Shown here in pieces: positions 34,772 through 43,586 of a stretch of 64,000 nucleotides of DNA. Numbering within the stretch: position 1 is the first letter of the stretch; each line of letters opens with the position of its first letter. Origin of the DNA: Bacteroidota bacterium (lineage in GTDB: Bacteria > Bacteroidota > Bacteroidia > Bacteroidales > FEN-979). The stretch covers positions 313,661-377,660 of the forward strand of contig JAPLDF010000068.1 of NCBI GenBank assembly GCA_026391835.1, read 5' to 3'. The notes under the pieces were generated by a model. The model was not told the origin of the DNA, ran no database searches, and was given only the letters and a program-made list of their open reading frames with translations. Position numbers and translations under genes: made by a program.

Positions 34772-36295
34772 ATGACACTTATTATAAAAGGCGCTGGTCT
34801 TACGATTGAAGACGTTGTAAGGGTTGCCCGCCACAACGAAAAAGTTGAACTTGATCCCGCTGCCATCGAGCGGATCCATAAATGCCGCGCCATGCTCGAG
34901 CGGAAAATCCTGGCCCATGAAATCATGTACGGGGTAAATACCGGCATCGGGGAGTTCTCCGAAATGGTATTGAACGACGACCAGGTGAAAGATTTCCAGA
35001 AATACCTCATATACAACCATGCAGCCGGCATCGGCGACCCGATGCCCCTCGACTGGGTGCGTGGTGCCATGCTTGGACGAATAAACGTTCATGCACACGG
35101 AAATTCCGGTTCACGGCTGGAGATCACCCAGACCCTTGTCGACATGCTCAACAAGGGTGTAACCCCGATGGTTTGCCAGAAAGGCTCGGTTGGCGCATGC
35201 GGCGACCTTGCCCCCATGTCGCAGATCGCCCTGCTCATGATGGGCGAAGGCCAGGCATATTACGGCGGAAAACTGATGTCGGGCAAAGAGGCCCTGGATG
35301 CAGCAGGAATACCGGTACCCGGTTTGCAGGCCCGTGACGGGCTGGCCACCATCAACGGTTCAAATGTGCTTACTGCCATGAGTGCGCTCTACCTTTTTGA
35401 CGCCAACAACTGGCTGAAACAGGCTGAAATTGCCGCATCCATGTCGCTCGAAGCAATGAAGGCCAACATGCGCCCATACAGCCCTAAACTTCACGAAATC
35501 CGCGGGTTCAAAGGGGCTGTTCGCAGTGCTGCCGCCATTCTGAAATGTGTGACAGGGGGCGATCTCGTTGAAGGAAAAGTGAAATGCAAGGTACAGGATG
35601 CCTATTCGATGCGTTCAACACCCCAGGTTATCGGGGCCGCGCATGATGCACTTGCCTATGCCCGTTCACAGGTAGAAATCGAGTTGAATGGCGTGGGCGA
35701 CAACCCTATCTTTTTCCCCGACGAAAACCTGCAGCTTTCCGGTGCCAACTTCCAGGGCTCACCCGTATCGGTGCCGATGGATATGGCCGGCTACGTGGTC
35801 ACCATGGTCAGCGTGATGAGCGAACGCCGCATGAACAGGCTGAACAACCCCGCACTGAGTGTCGGGCTTCCGGCATTCCTTACCAAGGGAGCAGGCATGT
35901 TCAGCGGGCTCATGCTCAGCCAGTACACCGCCGACATGCAGATCGTTGAACAGCGCATTCTTTCAGCCCCGGCCTCGATCCAGTCGATCCCTGCCGCCGC
36001 CGACCAGGAGGACTTTGTCTCCATGGGAATGAATACTGCCCTGAAGAATTTCCAGATCCTCGACAATGCCTATGGAATCCTGGGAATCGAACTCATGGCT
36101 GCAGCCCAGGCCCTTGATTTCAGGGAATATGCCTTCGGGAAAGGTGTTTCGAAAGCCAAGGAGGTGATCAGGAAACATGTCGCATTCCTTGAAGTCGACC
36201 GCCCGCTGTACCCCGATCACAATGCCATGAAGGAACTTGTTAAATCATGCGAGATCCTTACTGAAGTGGAAAAAGTAGTCGGAAGTCTTGAATAA
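34772..36295 (+). CDS. histidine ammonia-lyase family (MIO-dependent aromatic amino acid lyase/mutase) enzyme
   Basis: 507 aa counted from ATG 34772 (the ORF track uses TTG 34763). YGVNTGIGEF and GSVGACGDLAPMS put the MIO triad at residues 142-144, as in P. putida HAL. No hutU/hutI lies nearby. Confidence 0.8.
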   Translation: MTLIIKGAGLTIEDVVRVARHNEKVELDPAAIERIHKCRAMLERKILAHEIMYGVNTGIGEFSEMVLNDDQVKDFQKYLIYNHAAGIGDPMPLDWVRGAMLGRINVHAHGNSGSRLEITQTLVDMLNKGVTPMVCQKGSVGACGDLAPMSQIALLMMGEGQAYYGGKLMSGKEALDAAGIPVPGLQARDGLATINGSNVLTAMSALYLFDANNWLKQAEIAASMSLEAMKANMRPYSPKLHEIRGFKGAVRSAAAILKCVTGGDLVEGKVKCKVQDAYSMRSTPQVIGAAHDALAYARSQVEIELNGVGDNPIFFPDENLQLSGANFQGSPVSVPMDMAGYVVTMVSVMSERRMNRLNNPALSVGLPAFLTKGAGMFSGLMLSQYTADMQIVEQRILSAPASIQSIPAAADQEDFVSMGMNTALKNFQILDNAYGILGIELMAAAQALDFREYAFGKGVSKAKEVIRKHVAFLEVDRPLYPDHNAMKELVKSCEILTEVEKVVGSLE

Positions 36296-36320
36296 CAACT
36301 GATGCTAAACGTCTAATTTA

Positions 36321-36512
36321 GAGTCCGCTCCGAAAAATAATAAAACAAAGAAATGCCACTAAGCCACAAGGACACCTGGAAACACAAAGTGATAAATATC
36401 TGCAGCATAAGCCTGTTGAACCTTTATGACTCTGTGACCATGTGACTCTGTGACCTTGTGACTCTGTGACTTAGTGACTTTGTGTCATATAACTATTTTT
36501 CGGAGCAGGCTC
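36321..36512. repeat. nested hairpins: an outer stem with a word-array hairpin in its loop
   Basis: The outer stem is gagtccgctccgaaaaata (36321-36339) against tatttttcggagcaggctc (36494-36512). The inner arms are gccactaagccacaaggacacctggaaacacaaagtga (36355-36392) and tgactctgtgaccatgtgactctgtgaccttgtgactctgtgacttagtgactttgtg (36427-36484). Confidence 0.85.
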
Positions 36513-36539
36513 AATTTATAAACCTTAAAAAACAGCATT

Positions 36540-36935
36540 ATGGAATTTTCAGATACCATTCCTTTCTGGCCGGTTTTCGTGGCCCTGATCGTGCCCCTCA
36601 TCATTTTTGGCATTATGGTAAGCGTCATCGAAATCGTTGGAGCCTGGTTCATGTTCCAGAAAGCCGGGGAACCCGGCTGGGCCGCGATCATCCCGGTTTA
36701 CAACTACCTGATCGGCATTAAAATTGCCGGAAAGCCATGGTGGTACATACTTTTAATGCTAATTCCCGTGGTAAATGTCGTGATCTACATCATGATCATG
36801 GACGGGCTGGCAAAAAGTTTCGGGAAGGGAACCGGGTTTACCATCGGGCTGATATTCCTGCGGTTTATTTTTGTCCCCGTTCTTGGATTCGGAAACGCCG
36901 TTTACAGTGGAGACAAATCACATTTTGACGCATAA
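36540..36935 (+). CDS. DUF5684-like small membrane protein
   Basis: 131 aa. FQKAGEPGWAAIIPVYNYLIGIKIAGKPWWYILLMLIPVVN is typical of that family as I remember it. Confidence 0.65.
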   Translation: MEFSDTIPFWPVFVALIVPLIIFGIMVSVIEIVGAWFMFQKAGEPGWAAIIPVYNYLIGIKIAGKPWWYILLMLIPVVNVVIYIMIMDGLAKSFGKGTGFTIGLIFLRFIFVPVLGFGNAVYSGDKSHFDA

Positions 36936-36938
36936 CGG

Positions 36939-37379
36939 ATGGAAGAACTTACCCCCGGGGCTTTGCCCGAAACCAAACCCCAGCGGCCTACCCTGCTCAC
37001 GGTTTTATGCATCCTGACGTTTATCGGCAGCGGGATGAACCTGTTCTCAGGCCTTGTCATCGCCGGATTTTATGATGTTTTTGTTGAAATTGTACAGGAA
37101 TTCGGCAAAAAATTCAACATCCCGGGCATCGACCAGCTTCTTGAAGCCAGGCCACTGTTTTTCCTGGTTACCGCACTCTTTTATGCAGGATCGATCGTCG
37201 GGGCGATCCTGATGATGCAGTTAAAAAAAACCGGGTTCCATGTCTATACCATTTTCCAGATCCTGCTGGTCATTGCGCCCATGTATTTTATGCACCTATC
37301 GAGCCCCGGTTTTCCTGAAATGCTGTTCTCCGGGTTGTTTATACTCCTTTACAGCATGAACCTTAAATTCATGTCCTGA
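36939..37379 (+). CDS. hypothetical 4-TM membrane protein
   Basis: 146 aa, paralogous in layout to the next gene (..RPTLLTVLCILTFIGSG.. / ..MMQLKKTGFHVY..). Confidence 0.55.
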   Translation: MEELTPGALPETKPQRPTLLTVLCILTFIGSGMNLFSGLVIAGFYDVFVEIVQEFGKKFNIPGIDQLLEARPLFFLVTALFYAGSIVGAILMMQLKKTGFHVYTIFQILLVIAPMYFMHLSSPGFPEMLFSGLFILLYSMNLKFMS

Positions 37380-37381
37380 CC

Positions 37382-37816
37382 ATGACCGAAGAGACCGAAG
37401 AGACCAAACAAAGCGAACCCGGCAATACCAAACCGGTGAAACCCCGCCCGGTATTGCTTACCGCTTTGTGCCTCTTTTCTTTTGTATATTTTGGCCTGCT
37501 GGCCCTGCTGTTCCTCCCGGGAATTTTTTATTCCGGGGCCATTACGGGAGTGATTGACAAATACCTGCCAACGGGTTTATATTCAAATACCGAAATCCGG
37601 ATGGTCTTTGCAGCAGGGTTCCTGCTGCATGCCCTTGGGCTGGCGGGTTCCATTGTGATGTGGAACCTTAGGAAAACAGGGTATTACCTGCTCGCTGGTG
37701 CCTGTATCATAGTGGCATCCATGCAGACTTTCCGGCCCGACATTTCAGTGACATCCACCGCAGTGTATATTATTTTCATCCTGCTTTTTGGCGTCTTCTT
37801 CAAACGGTTGCACTGA
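37382..37816 (+). CDS. hypothetical 4-TM membrane protein (paralog of the previous gene)
   Basis: 144 aa with ..RPVLLTALCLFSFVYFG.. and ..MWNLRKTGYYLL... Confidence 0.55.
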   Translation: MTEETEETKQSEPGNTKPVKPRPVLLTALCLFSFVYFGLLALLFLPGIFYSGAITGVIDKYLPTGLYSNTEIRMVFAAGFLLHALGLAGSIVMWNLRKTGYYLLAGACIIVASMQTFRPDISVTSTAVYIIFILLFGVFFKRLH

Positions 37817-37833
37817 GTTATTGTCTGTTCAAA

Positions 37834-38055
37834 TTTCCCAGCCAAAATAAAATGCTGAAAGTATGATTACCTTTTCCCGTTTTTCCGATTAAGCAATAAT
37901 TAAGGACAGCAATATCCCTTATGATGAATTAATCTGGTGTCAACCGCTCTGTGCTTCTCCGGGTGTGATCTGTGTCTCTCTGTGCAACAAATAATTACAC
38001 GGAGGGTCACAGAGATCTGTGAAGAACCACAGAGAGAAAAAACGAAATAATTCCC
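37834..38055 (+). repeat. composite element copy A: conserved ~100-nt module plus CACAGAG-word hairpin plus short tail
   Basis: tttcccagccaaaataaaatgctgaaagtatgattaccttttcccgtttttccgattaagcaataattaaggacagcaatatcccttatgat... is followed by the hairpin 37947-38036. It is near-identical to copy B over the first ~130 nt. Confidence 0.9.
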
Positions 38056-38187
38056 TTATCTTTGTACAGGTAAAGTTTAAGTTGCTCAGCTTTATGCATG
38101 CGCCCACCCTTAAAAAATATTTCTGGTTTCAATCTTCGTGAGGTGTCCGTATAGTTTTTTAGTACAGGACAAGGCAGGATTTATTAT

Positions 38188-38245
38188 AGCTTATACAAAG
38201 CTTATACAACAGCTTATACAAAGCATATGCAATAGCTTATACAAC
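38188..38245. repeat. 11-12-nt tandem words (agcttatacaa[a/c]) x5
   Basis: agcttatacaa agcttatacaac agcttatacaa agcatatgcaat agcttatacaac. Confidence 0.85.
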
Positions 38246-38363
38246 GACAGATCAACGTTGCATAATTTCAGGTACATTTATTGGATTATCAGGTAATAAT
38301 GGCGAAGAATGCAGCTCCTCGCCAACCCTCGCCCAGGATGAGGACCCCCTCCCCGATCCTCCC

Positions 38364-38590
38364 CATGGAGGCTACTCTTTATACAAATCTTTCCCAGCCA
38401 AAATAAAATGCTGAAAGTATGATTACCTTTTCCCGTTTTTTCGATTAAGCATTAATTAAGGACAGCAATATCCCTTATGATGAATTAATCTGGTGTCAAC
38501 CGCTCTGTGCTTCTCCGTGTGAGCTCGGTGTCTCTGTGTAACAAATAATTACACGGAGGTTCACGGAGATCCGGAGAGAACCACAGAGAG
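38364..38590 (+). repeat. composite element copy B (with the 5' extension catggaggctactctttata shared with copy C)
   Basis: The module is 38390-38502 and the hairpin is 38503-38590. The hairpin arms differ from copy A at many positions while the module is almost identical. Confidence 0.9.
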
Positions 38591-38606
38591 GTCATTATAA
38601 ATCAGT

Positions 38607-38972
38607 TCACGGGTGTGATGACATAATGATGGTGGTGATCATCATGCTCCGGTTCGATGTAGGTTTTCCATCGGCTATGGAGGTGACTATACGGTATCCT
38701 TTGTCGCTGAGCATGTTTAGCGTCCGGGCAAGTGTCCTGCCGTTCCTTACAAGGTATTCATCGTTGTATTTAAAGGGTTCAAGGGGAATTACTTCAAAGG
38801 TGCTGTCGGGGTAGTTTACGATGATCTTTGAAGATGTGACAGAAAAGTTTTCATACACCCTCAAGACCAAATACCTGCCATTATCCGTTCCGGGCTGAGC
38901 CACAAATCCCGTCAATATTCCCAAAACCATTAAAACCGACAGGGGCGCCACAAGCAAGATCCATTTTTTCAT
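38607..38972 (-). CDS. hypothetical exported protein
   Basis: 121 aa with an N-terminal hydrophobic signal or anchor. I recognise no motif. Confidence 0.5.
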   Translation of the reverse strand: MKKWILLVAPLSVLMVLGILTGFVAQPGTDNGRYLVLRVYENFSVTSSKIIVNYPDSTFEVIPLEPFKYNDEYLVRNGRTLARTLNMLSDKGYRIVTSIADGKPTSNRSMMITTIIMSSHP

Positions 38973-39024
38973 ATCGTCTGTTTGTCAATATTTTTTTTAA
39001 TTAAAACCAAACAATTGTACAAAA

Positions 39025-39032
39025 TATTTTTG
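39025..39032 (+). promoter_or_regulatory. -7 box TAttTTTG
   Basis: tatttttg lies 95 nt upstream of ATG 39127. Confidence 0.3.
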
Positions 39033-39126
39033 TTTTGGTCAGATTAACTATAAATTTACGCGGTCATTCCCAATGTGGGAACGGCATACTATAAAAACAT
39101 AAAACTACACCAAAAACCTTCATCCT

Positions 39127-40092
39127 ATGAAAAAATTTTACGTTTTGCTGTTAATTGTTTTTTTTACAATGCATGTGATCCAGGCCCAGGATCTGACCTC
39201 AAAAAAAGGGATCCCGATCCTGCCGGAAGCCGGTGAATTCGGACTATCAATTGACGCAGTGCCCTTTTTCGTTTATGCCGGTAATTTTTTCCATGGTACA
39301 GGAACCACTGACGCACCTGTATGGCAATTCCCCGACCAGTTATGGACCGTCCAGGGGAAGTATTTCCTGACTGCAAAAACAGCACTCCGCGGGAAAATCC
39401 GCATGGGTTTTGCGACAACCGTTGAAAAGAACATGGTCGTAGAGCAGTGGCCGCTCAGGGCAATTCCTTTATCCAACAACAATTACAAAAGCCCGGATGT
39501 GTCATTTCCACTCAGCACAGTGGAAGATAAAAAGGTAAGCTCCGATGTTAACGTTGTATTGGGTGCCGGTATTGAACAGAGAAGAGGAAAGGGACGTATA
39601 CAGGGAGTTTACGGGGCAATGTTCAACATCAAAATGGCAAACAGCGCCCGGGTTTATAAATATGGCAACGACATGGATACTGGTTACTATTATGTAAGTT
39701 ATTCAGGTCTTACGCCTGATACGAATTACAGAAGTTTTCACAGGGGTGCCATTTCAACTGAATTCAGCTCACTTTCCTCCGGCTGGAGCACGAGCAGAAC
39801 AACCAAGATCAGGGATGGTTTTACATTTGGCGTGGGGGCAAACATTTTTATCGGTGTCGAGTATTTCTTCGCGCCTAAGATATCCATTGGCGGAGAATTT
39901 TCGTGGGGCGTGATGTTATCATTGACAGGTAAATCAACCACTACCAATGAATACGTCAGGAGCAATACCAACCCGGATGGCTCGACAAACCATACCATCG
40001 AAACATATGATATTGAATCAGCAGGGCACAGTTCCTTCAGCATCGACAACACCAATACAGGAGGCGCCATCAATCTGTCGTTTTATTTTTAA
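39127..40092 (+). CDS. hypothetical outer-membrane beta-barrel-like protein
   Basis: 321 aa with a signal peptide. It shows an alternating amphipathic pattern and a C-terminal ...GGAINLSFYF (terminal aromatic residue). Confidence 0.6.
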   Translation: MKKFYVLLLIVFFTMHVIQAQDLTSKKGIPILPEAGEFGLSIDAVPFFVYAGNFFHGTGTTDAPVWQFPDQLWTVQGKYFLTAKTALRGKIRMGFATTVEKNMVVEQWPLRAIPLSNNNYKSPDVSFPLSTVEDKKVSSDVNVVLGAGIEQRRGKGRIQGVYGAMFNIKMANSARVYKYGNDMDTGYYYVSYSGLTPDTNYRSFHRGAISTEFSSLSSGWSTSRTTKIRDGFTFGVGANIFIGVEYFFAPKISIGGEFSWGVMLSLTGKSTTTNEYVRSNTNPDGSTNHTIETYDIESAGHSSFSIDNTNTGGAINLSFYF

Positions 40093-40140
40093 TTTTTTTC
40101 CTGGCTGCCTGTTGCATTGTTAAAGCACCACTGAATTAAA

Positions 40141-40188
40141 TCTCATCCTTGCCGTTCCGAAACGGTGCGAGGGTGAGATTTTTTTTTA
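40141..40188 (+). terminator. rho-independent terminator
   Basis: The stem is tctcatccttgccgtt / aacggtgcgagggtgaga, followed by TTTTTTTTT. Confidence 0.75.
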
Positions 40189-40406
40189 TAAAAGCCCCCC
40201 CGGCGAAGGTTAAAACTTTGTTAATAAAATATTAATTAATTGTTAAATTCTTGTTGGTTTCGATTAAAGTATTATGTAAAATTGCATTGCAGTAGTGTTA
40301 TCACTAAAACAAGTCGGTCACATCAGGATGATAAATTGCCATCTGAACCATGAAATTTAATTTTATCACGGAGTATTCACACATTTACTAACCAAAATCA
40401 AACTGT

Positions 40407-43400
40407 ATGAGAAAATTTACGATTTTCCTTGCCCTGCTTTTTTTTGTAGGAGTGGAGGGATTATTAGCCCAGACCAGGGTCATCACCGGTACGGTAACCT
40501 CTTCGGAGGATAAGCAGCCAATTCCTGGTGTGACTGTCGTGGTGAAAGGCACCACCATTGGTGTCAATACCAACCAGGACGGAAAATTTGTTTTTTCCGT
40601 GCCAACCAAGTATGACCTCCTTGTTTTCTCCTATGTAGGGATGAAAATGAAGGAGGTGAACATCGGCACCCAGTCGATTCTCGACATTGTAATGGATCCC
40701 GATGTCCTTAACATGGATGAAATCGTAGTCACTGCCATCGGCGTTCCGCGTGAAACCAAGGCACTGAGCTATTCTGTACAGAATGTCGGATCCGACGAGA
40801 TCACCAAGTCTGCCCGTACCGATGTCATCAATTCCATGCAGGGAAAAGTTTCAGACGTTCAAATCATCAATTCTGCCGGTGTTGCAGGAGCCTCCTCGTA
40901 TATTCAGATACGTGGCGCCCAGTCAATTACCGGGAACAACCAGCCGCTCTTTGTCCTTGATGGCGTCCCCATCAGCAACAGCGGCGGTTTAAACACGGTT
41001 GACGGTGTTGCCATGTCAAACCGTGCCATTGACATCAACCCTGATGATATCGAATCGATCAGCGTGCTGAAAGGCGGGGCTGCAACCGCTCTTTACGGTC
41101 TGCAGGCTGCATCAGGCGCCGTGATCATCACCTCCAAAAAAGGCAAATCAACCCCCGGCCGTAAAATCTCGGTTAATTTCAATACCTACATCCAGTTCGA
41201 CCAGGTAAGCCAGCTTCCCGAACTCCAGACCAAGTACGGCCAGGGAACAAAAGGCAAATGGGCTTCAGGTGGAAGAACCTCCTGGGGACCAAGACTCGAT
41301 ACATGTTCCTATAGCCTTGCCGGTTGGGATACGTATGCATGGAAAGAATATGATGTTGACGGGAAAATCGTTTCAAAAAACGATCCCAACGCAACCGGGG
41401 CATCAATCCGCACCTATGATCCCTACGATTTCTTTGAAACAGGATTGACAACCAACAACTCACTGTCAATCGCCGGAGGAGGAGAAGTATCAACCTTCTA
41501 CTTCAGTTTTTCCGATAACCAGTCAAAAGGTGTCATTCCGAATAATAAATTCAGGAGGAATACCTTCAAAATTTCCGGTGATACCAAACTCGGCGACAAA
41601 TTTAAAATTGCCGGTTCTGCCAACTATATGATCACTGCAGGTGACCGCATCCAGCAAGGTTCCAACACCTCCGGTGTTATGCTTGGCCTCCTGAGAACAC
41701 CCCCGACATTCGACAACAGCGCCGGCTACATCACCACCACCGGAGCACAGAGAAGTTATCGCCACGGAACTGGTTATGACAATCCATACTGGACTGCCAA
41801 CATGAACAAATACAATGACCAGGTGAACCGTTTGATCGGCAACGTACAGCTGGATTACTTCACCACGAAATGGCTGAGTTTCACCTATCGCGTTGGTATT
41901 GACTGGTGGGGACGTAAAGCAAAGGATATCCTTGCAGTTGGTTCAAATGCACAGGCATCCGGCTGGGTTCATGAAAGCATGGAAAACAACAAGGACTTCA
42001 ACTCCGACCTGATGATGACCATTGACAAGGACTTTGGAAAGGACATCAATCTGAAGGTCATCCTGGGTCACAACATGCAACAGCACTATTACTATTTGCT
42101 GAATGGCAATGCCAATGACGTTGTCATCCCTGAATATTACAACCTGAACAACTCCACGGCCATCTCCTCGACGGAACAGACCAATAAAATCCGCCGTGCA
42201 GGGCTTTACGGAGATGTTGAAGTATCCTGGAAGAATATGTTATACCTGAGTGTCACCGGGCGTAATGACTGGTCAACCACTTTACCGCAGGGCAAGAATT
42301 CGTTTTTCTATCCTTCGGTTGGATTGGGCTGGATTTTCACACAATTACCGGGCCTCAAGGACAACAAGGTTCTTCCTTACGGAAAGGTACGCGTTTCCTA
42401 TGCAGTTGTTGCAAAAGATGCACCCGCCTATGTAACTTCAAACTATTTCCTCCAGCCTTTCCTTACCGATGGCTGGCTGAACCCTGCCGGTATTATCTTC
42501 CCGTGGCCGGGAAACATCGGGTACACGGCAAGTGATATCCTTGGAAATCCCGACTTAAAACCTGAAAAAACAAATACATTTGAAGTTGGCACCGACCTCA
42601 AATTCATCAACAACAGGATCGGATTCTCCTATACCTACTTCAACAACAAAGGCAAAGATCTCATCCTGCAGGTTCCGATCGCAGCTTCTTCGGGATATTT
42701 GTACCAGTATATGAATGCTGCTTCGATGACAACTTACGGACATGAAATTACCCTTGACATCGTTCCGATCAAGTCAAAGAACTGGGAATGGGATATTACC
42801 GCCAACTGGTCACTGATCAGGAATGAGGTTTTGGAACTTGCTCCCGGGCTCAACAGCCTCTTCCTCAACGGATTTACCAATTCAGAGGTTCGCGCCACTG
42901 TTGGCCAGCCTTACCGCACCTTCTGGGGACGTGACTGGAAACGCAATTCAGCCGGACAGTTGCTGCTTACCGACGACGGATACCCGCAAATGAACCCTGA
43001 CATGGTTGCCCTTGGAAATATTGACCCTGACTGGACTGCCGGTATCGGATCAAACCTCCGCTGGAGAGACCTCAGCCTCTATGTGCTCTTCGATATTAAA
43101 GTCGGTGGAAAAATGTGGAACGGAACCCGCGGAGCCCTCGACTATTTTGGAACCTCGGAAGGAACTGCCAACAGGGATGTGCCTTATTTATATGAAGGAA
43201 TTATTGAATCGACAGGTCTTGCAAACACAAAGACCGTCCTTCAGAATGAAGCATGGATGGCCGGTGACGGCAGCGGTTTCAACGGCCCGAATGTCGATTA
43301 CCTCGAAGATGCCGGATGGGTGCGCTTACGCACAGTGACCATCTCCTACTCTTTCACGAAGATGCTGAAGAAATCCTTTATCAAGGGACTTGATGTTTAT

Positions 43401-43550
43401 GCAACAGGAACAAACCTGTGGCTCAGCACCAAGTATACCGGCATCGATCCTGAAACAAACCTCACCGGTAGCGACAACGCCCAGGGTATCGACTATTTCA
43501 ACATGCCCGGTACCAGGAGCTATACTGTTGGTCTGACACTGGCATTTTAA
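40407..43550 (+). CDS. SusC/RagA family TonB-linked outer membrane protein
   Basis: 1047 aa. It has a CarboxypepD_reg N-domain (VITGTVTSSEDKQPIPGVTVVVKGTTIG), a plug, and a barrel ending ...SYTVGLTLAF. A SusD-like gene follows it. Confidence 0.9.
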   Translation: MRKFTIFLALLFFVGVEGLLAQTRVITGTVTSSEDKQPIPGVTVVVKGTTIGVNTNQDGKFVFSVPTKYDLLVFSYVGMKMKEVNIGTQSILDIVMDPDVLNMDEIVVTAIGVPRETKALSYSVQNVGSDEITKSARTDVINSMQGKVSDVQIINSAGVAGASSYIQIRGAQSITGNNQPLFVLDGVPISNSGGLNTVDGVAMSNRAIDINPDDIESISVLKGGAATALYGLQAASGAVIITSKKGKSTPGRKISVNFNTYIQFDQVSQLPELQTKYGQGTKGKWASGGRTSWGPRLDTCSYSLAGWDTYAWKEYDVDGKIVSKNDPNATGASIRTYDPYDFFETGLTTNNSLSIAGGGEVSTFYFSFSDNQSKGVIPNNKFRRNTFKISGDTKLGDKFKIAGSANYMITAGDRIQQGSNTSGVMLGLLRTPPTFDNSAGYITTTGAQRSYRHGTGYDNPYWTANMNKYNDQVNRLIGNVQLDYFTTKWLSFTYRVGIDWWGRKAKDILAVGSNAQASGWVHESMENNKDFNSDLMMTIDKDFGKDINLKVILGHNMQQHYYYLLNGNANDVVIPEYYNLNNSTAISSTEQTNKIRRAGLYGDVEVSWKNMLYLSVTGRNDWSTTLPQGKNSFFYPSVGLGWIFTQLPGLKDNKVLPYGKVRVSYAVVAKDAPAYVTSNYFLQPFLTDGWLNPAGIIFPWPGNIGYTASDILGNPDLKPEKTNTFEVGTDLKFINNRIGFSYTYFNNKGKDLILQVPIAASSGYLYQYMNAASMTTYGHEITLDIVPIKSKNWEWDITANWSLIRNEVLELAPGLNSLFLNGFTNSEVRATVGQPYRTFWGRDWKRNSAGQLLLTDDGYPQMNPDMVALGNIDPDWTAGIGSNLRWRDLSLYVLFDIKVGGKMWNGTRGALDYFGTSEGTANRDVPYLYEGIIESTGLANTKTVLQNEAWMAGDGSGFNGPNVDYLEDAGWVRLRTVTISYSFTKMLKKSFIKGLDVYATGTNLWLSTKYTGIDPETNLTGSDNAQGIDYFNMPGTRSYTVGLTLAF

Positions 43551-43586
43551 TAACCCTTCATTTGATTCATTTAAAAAGAAAAAAAT

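Noticed and set aside
37834-37925. Conserved 100-nt module as a remnant of a protein-coding gene (the minus frame reads IIRDIAVLNYCLIGKTGKGNHTFSILFWLGK)
   Set aside because: Copy C has an in-frame TGA. Only ~10 substitutions are available and they are not concentrated at third positions. The partial copy at 23182-23211 conserves two DNA boxes but not the frame. No start or family motif is recognisable.
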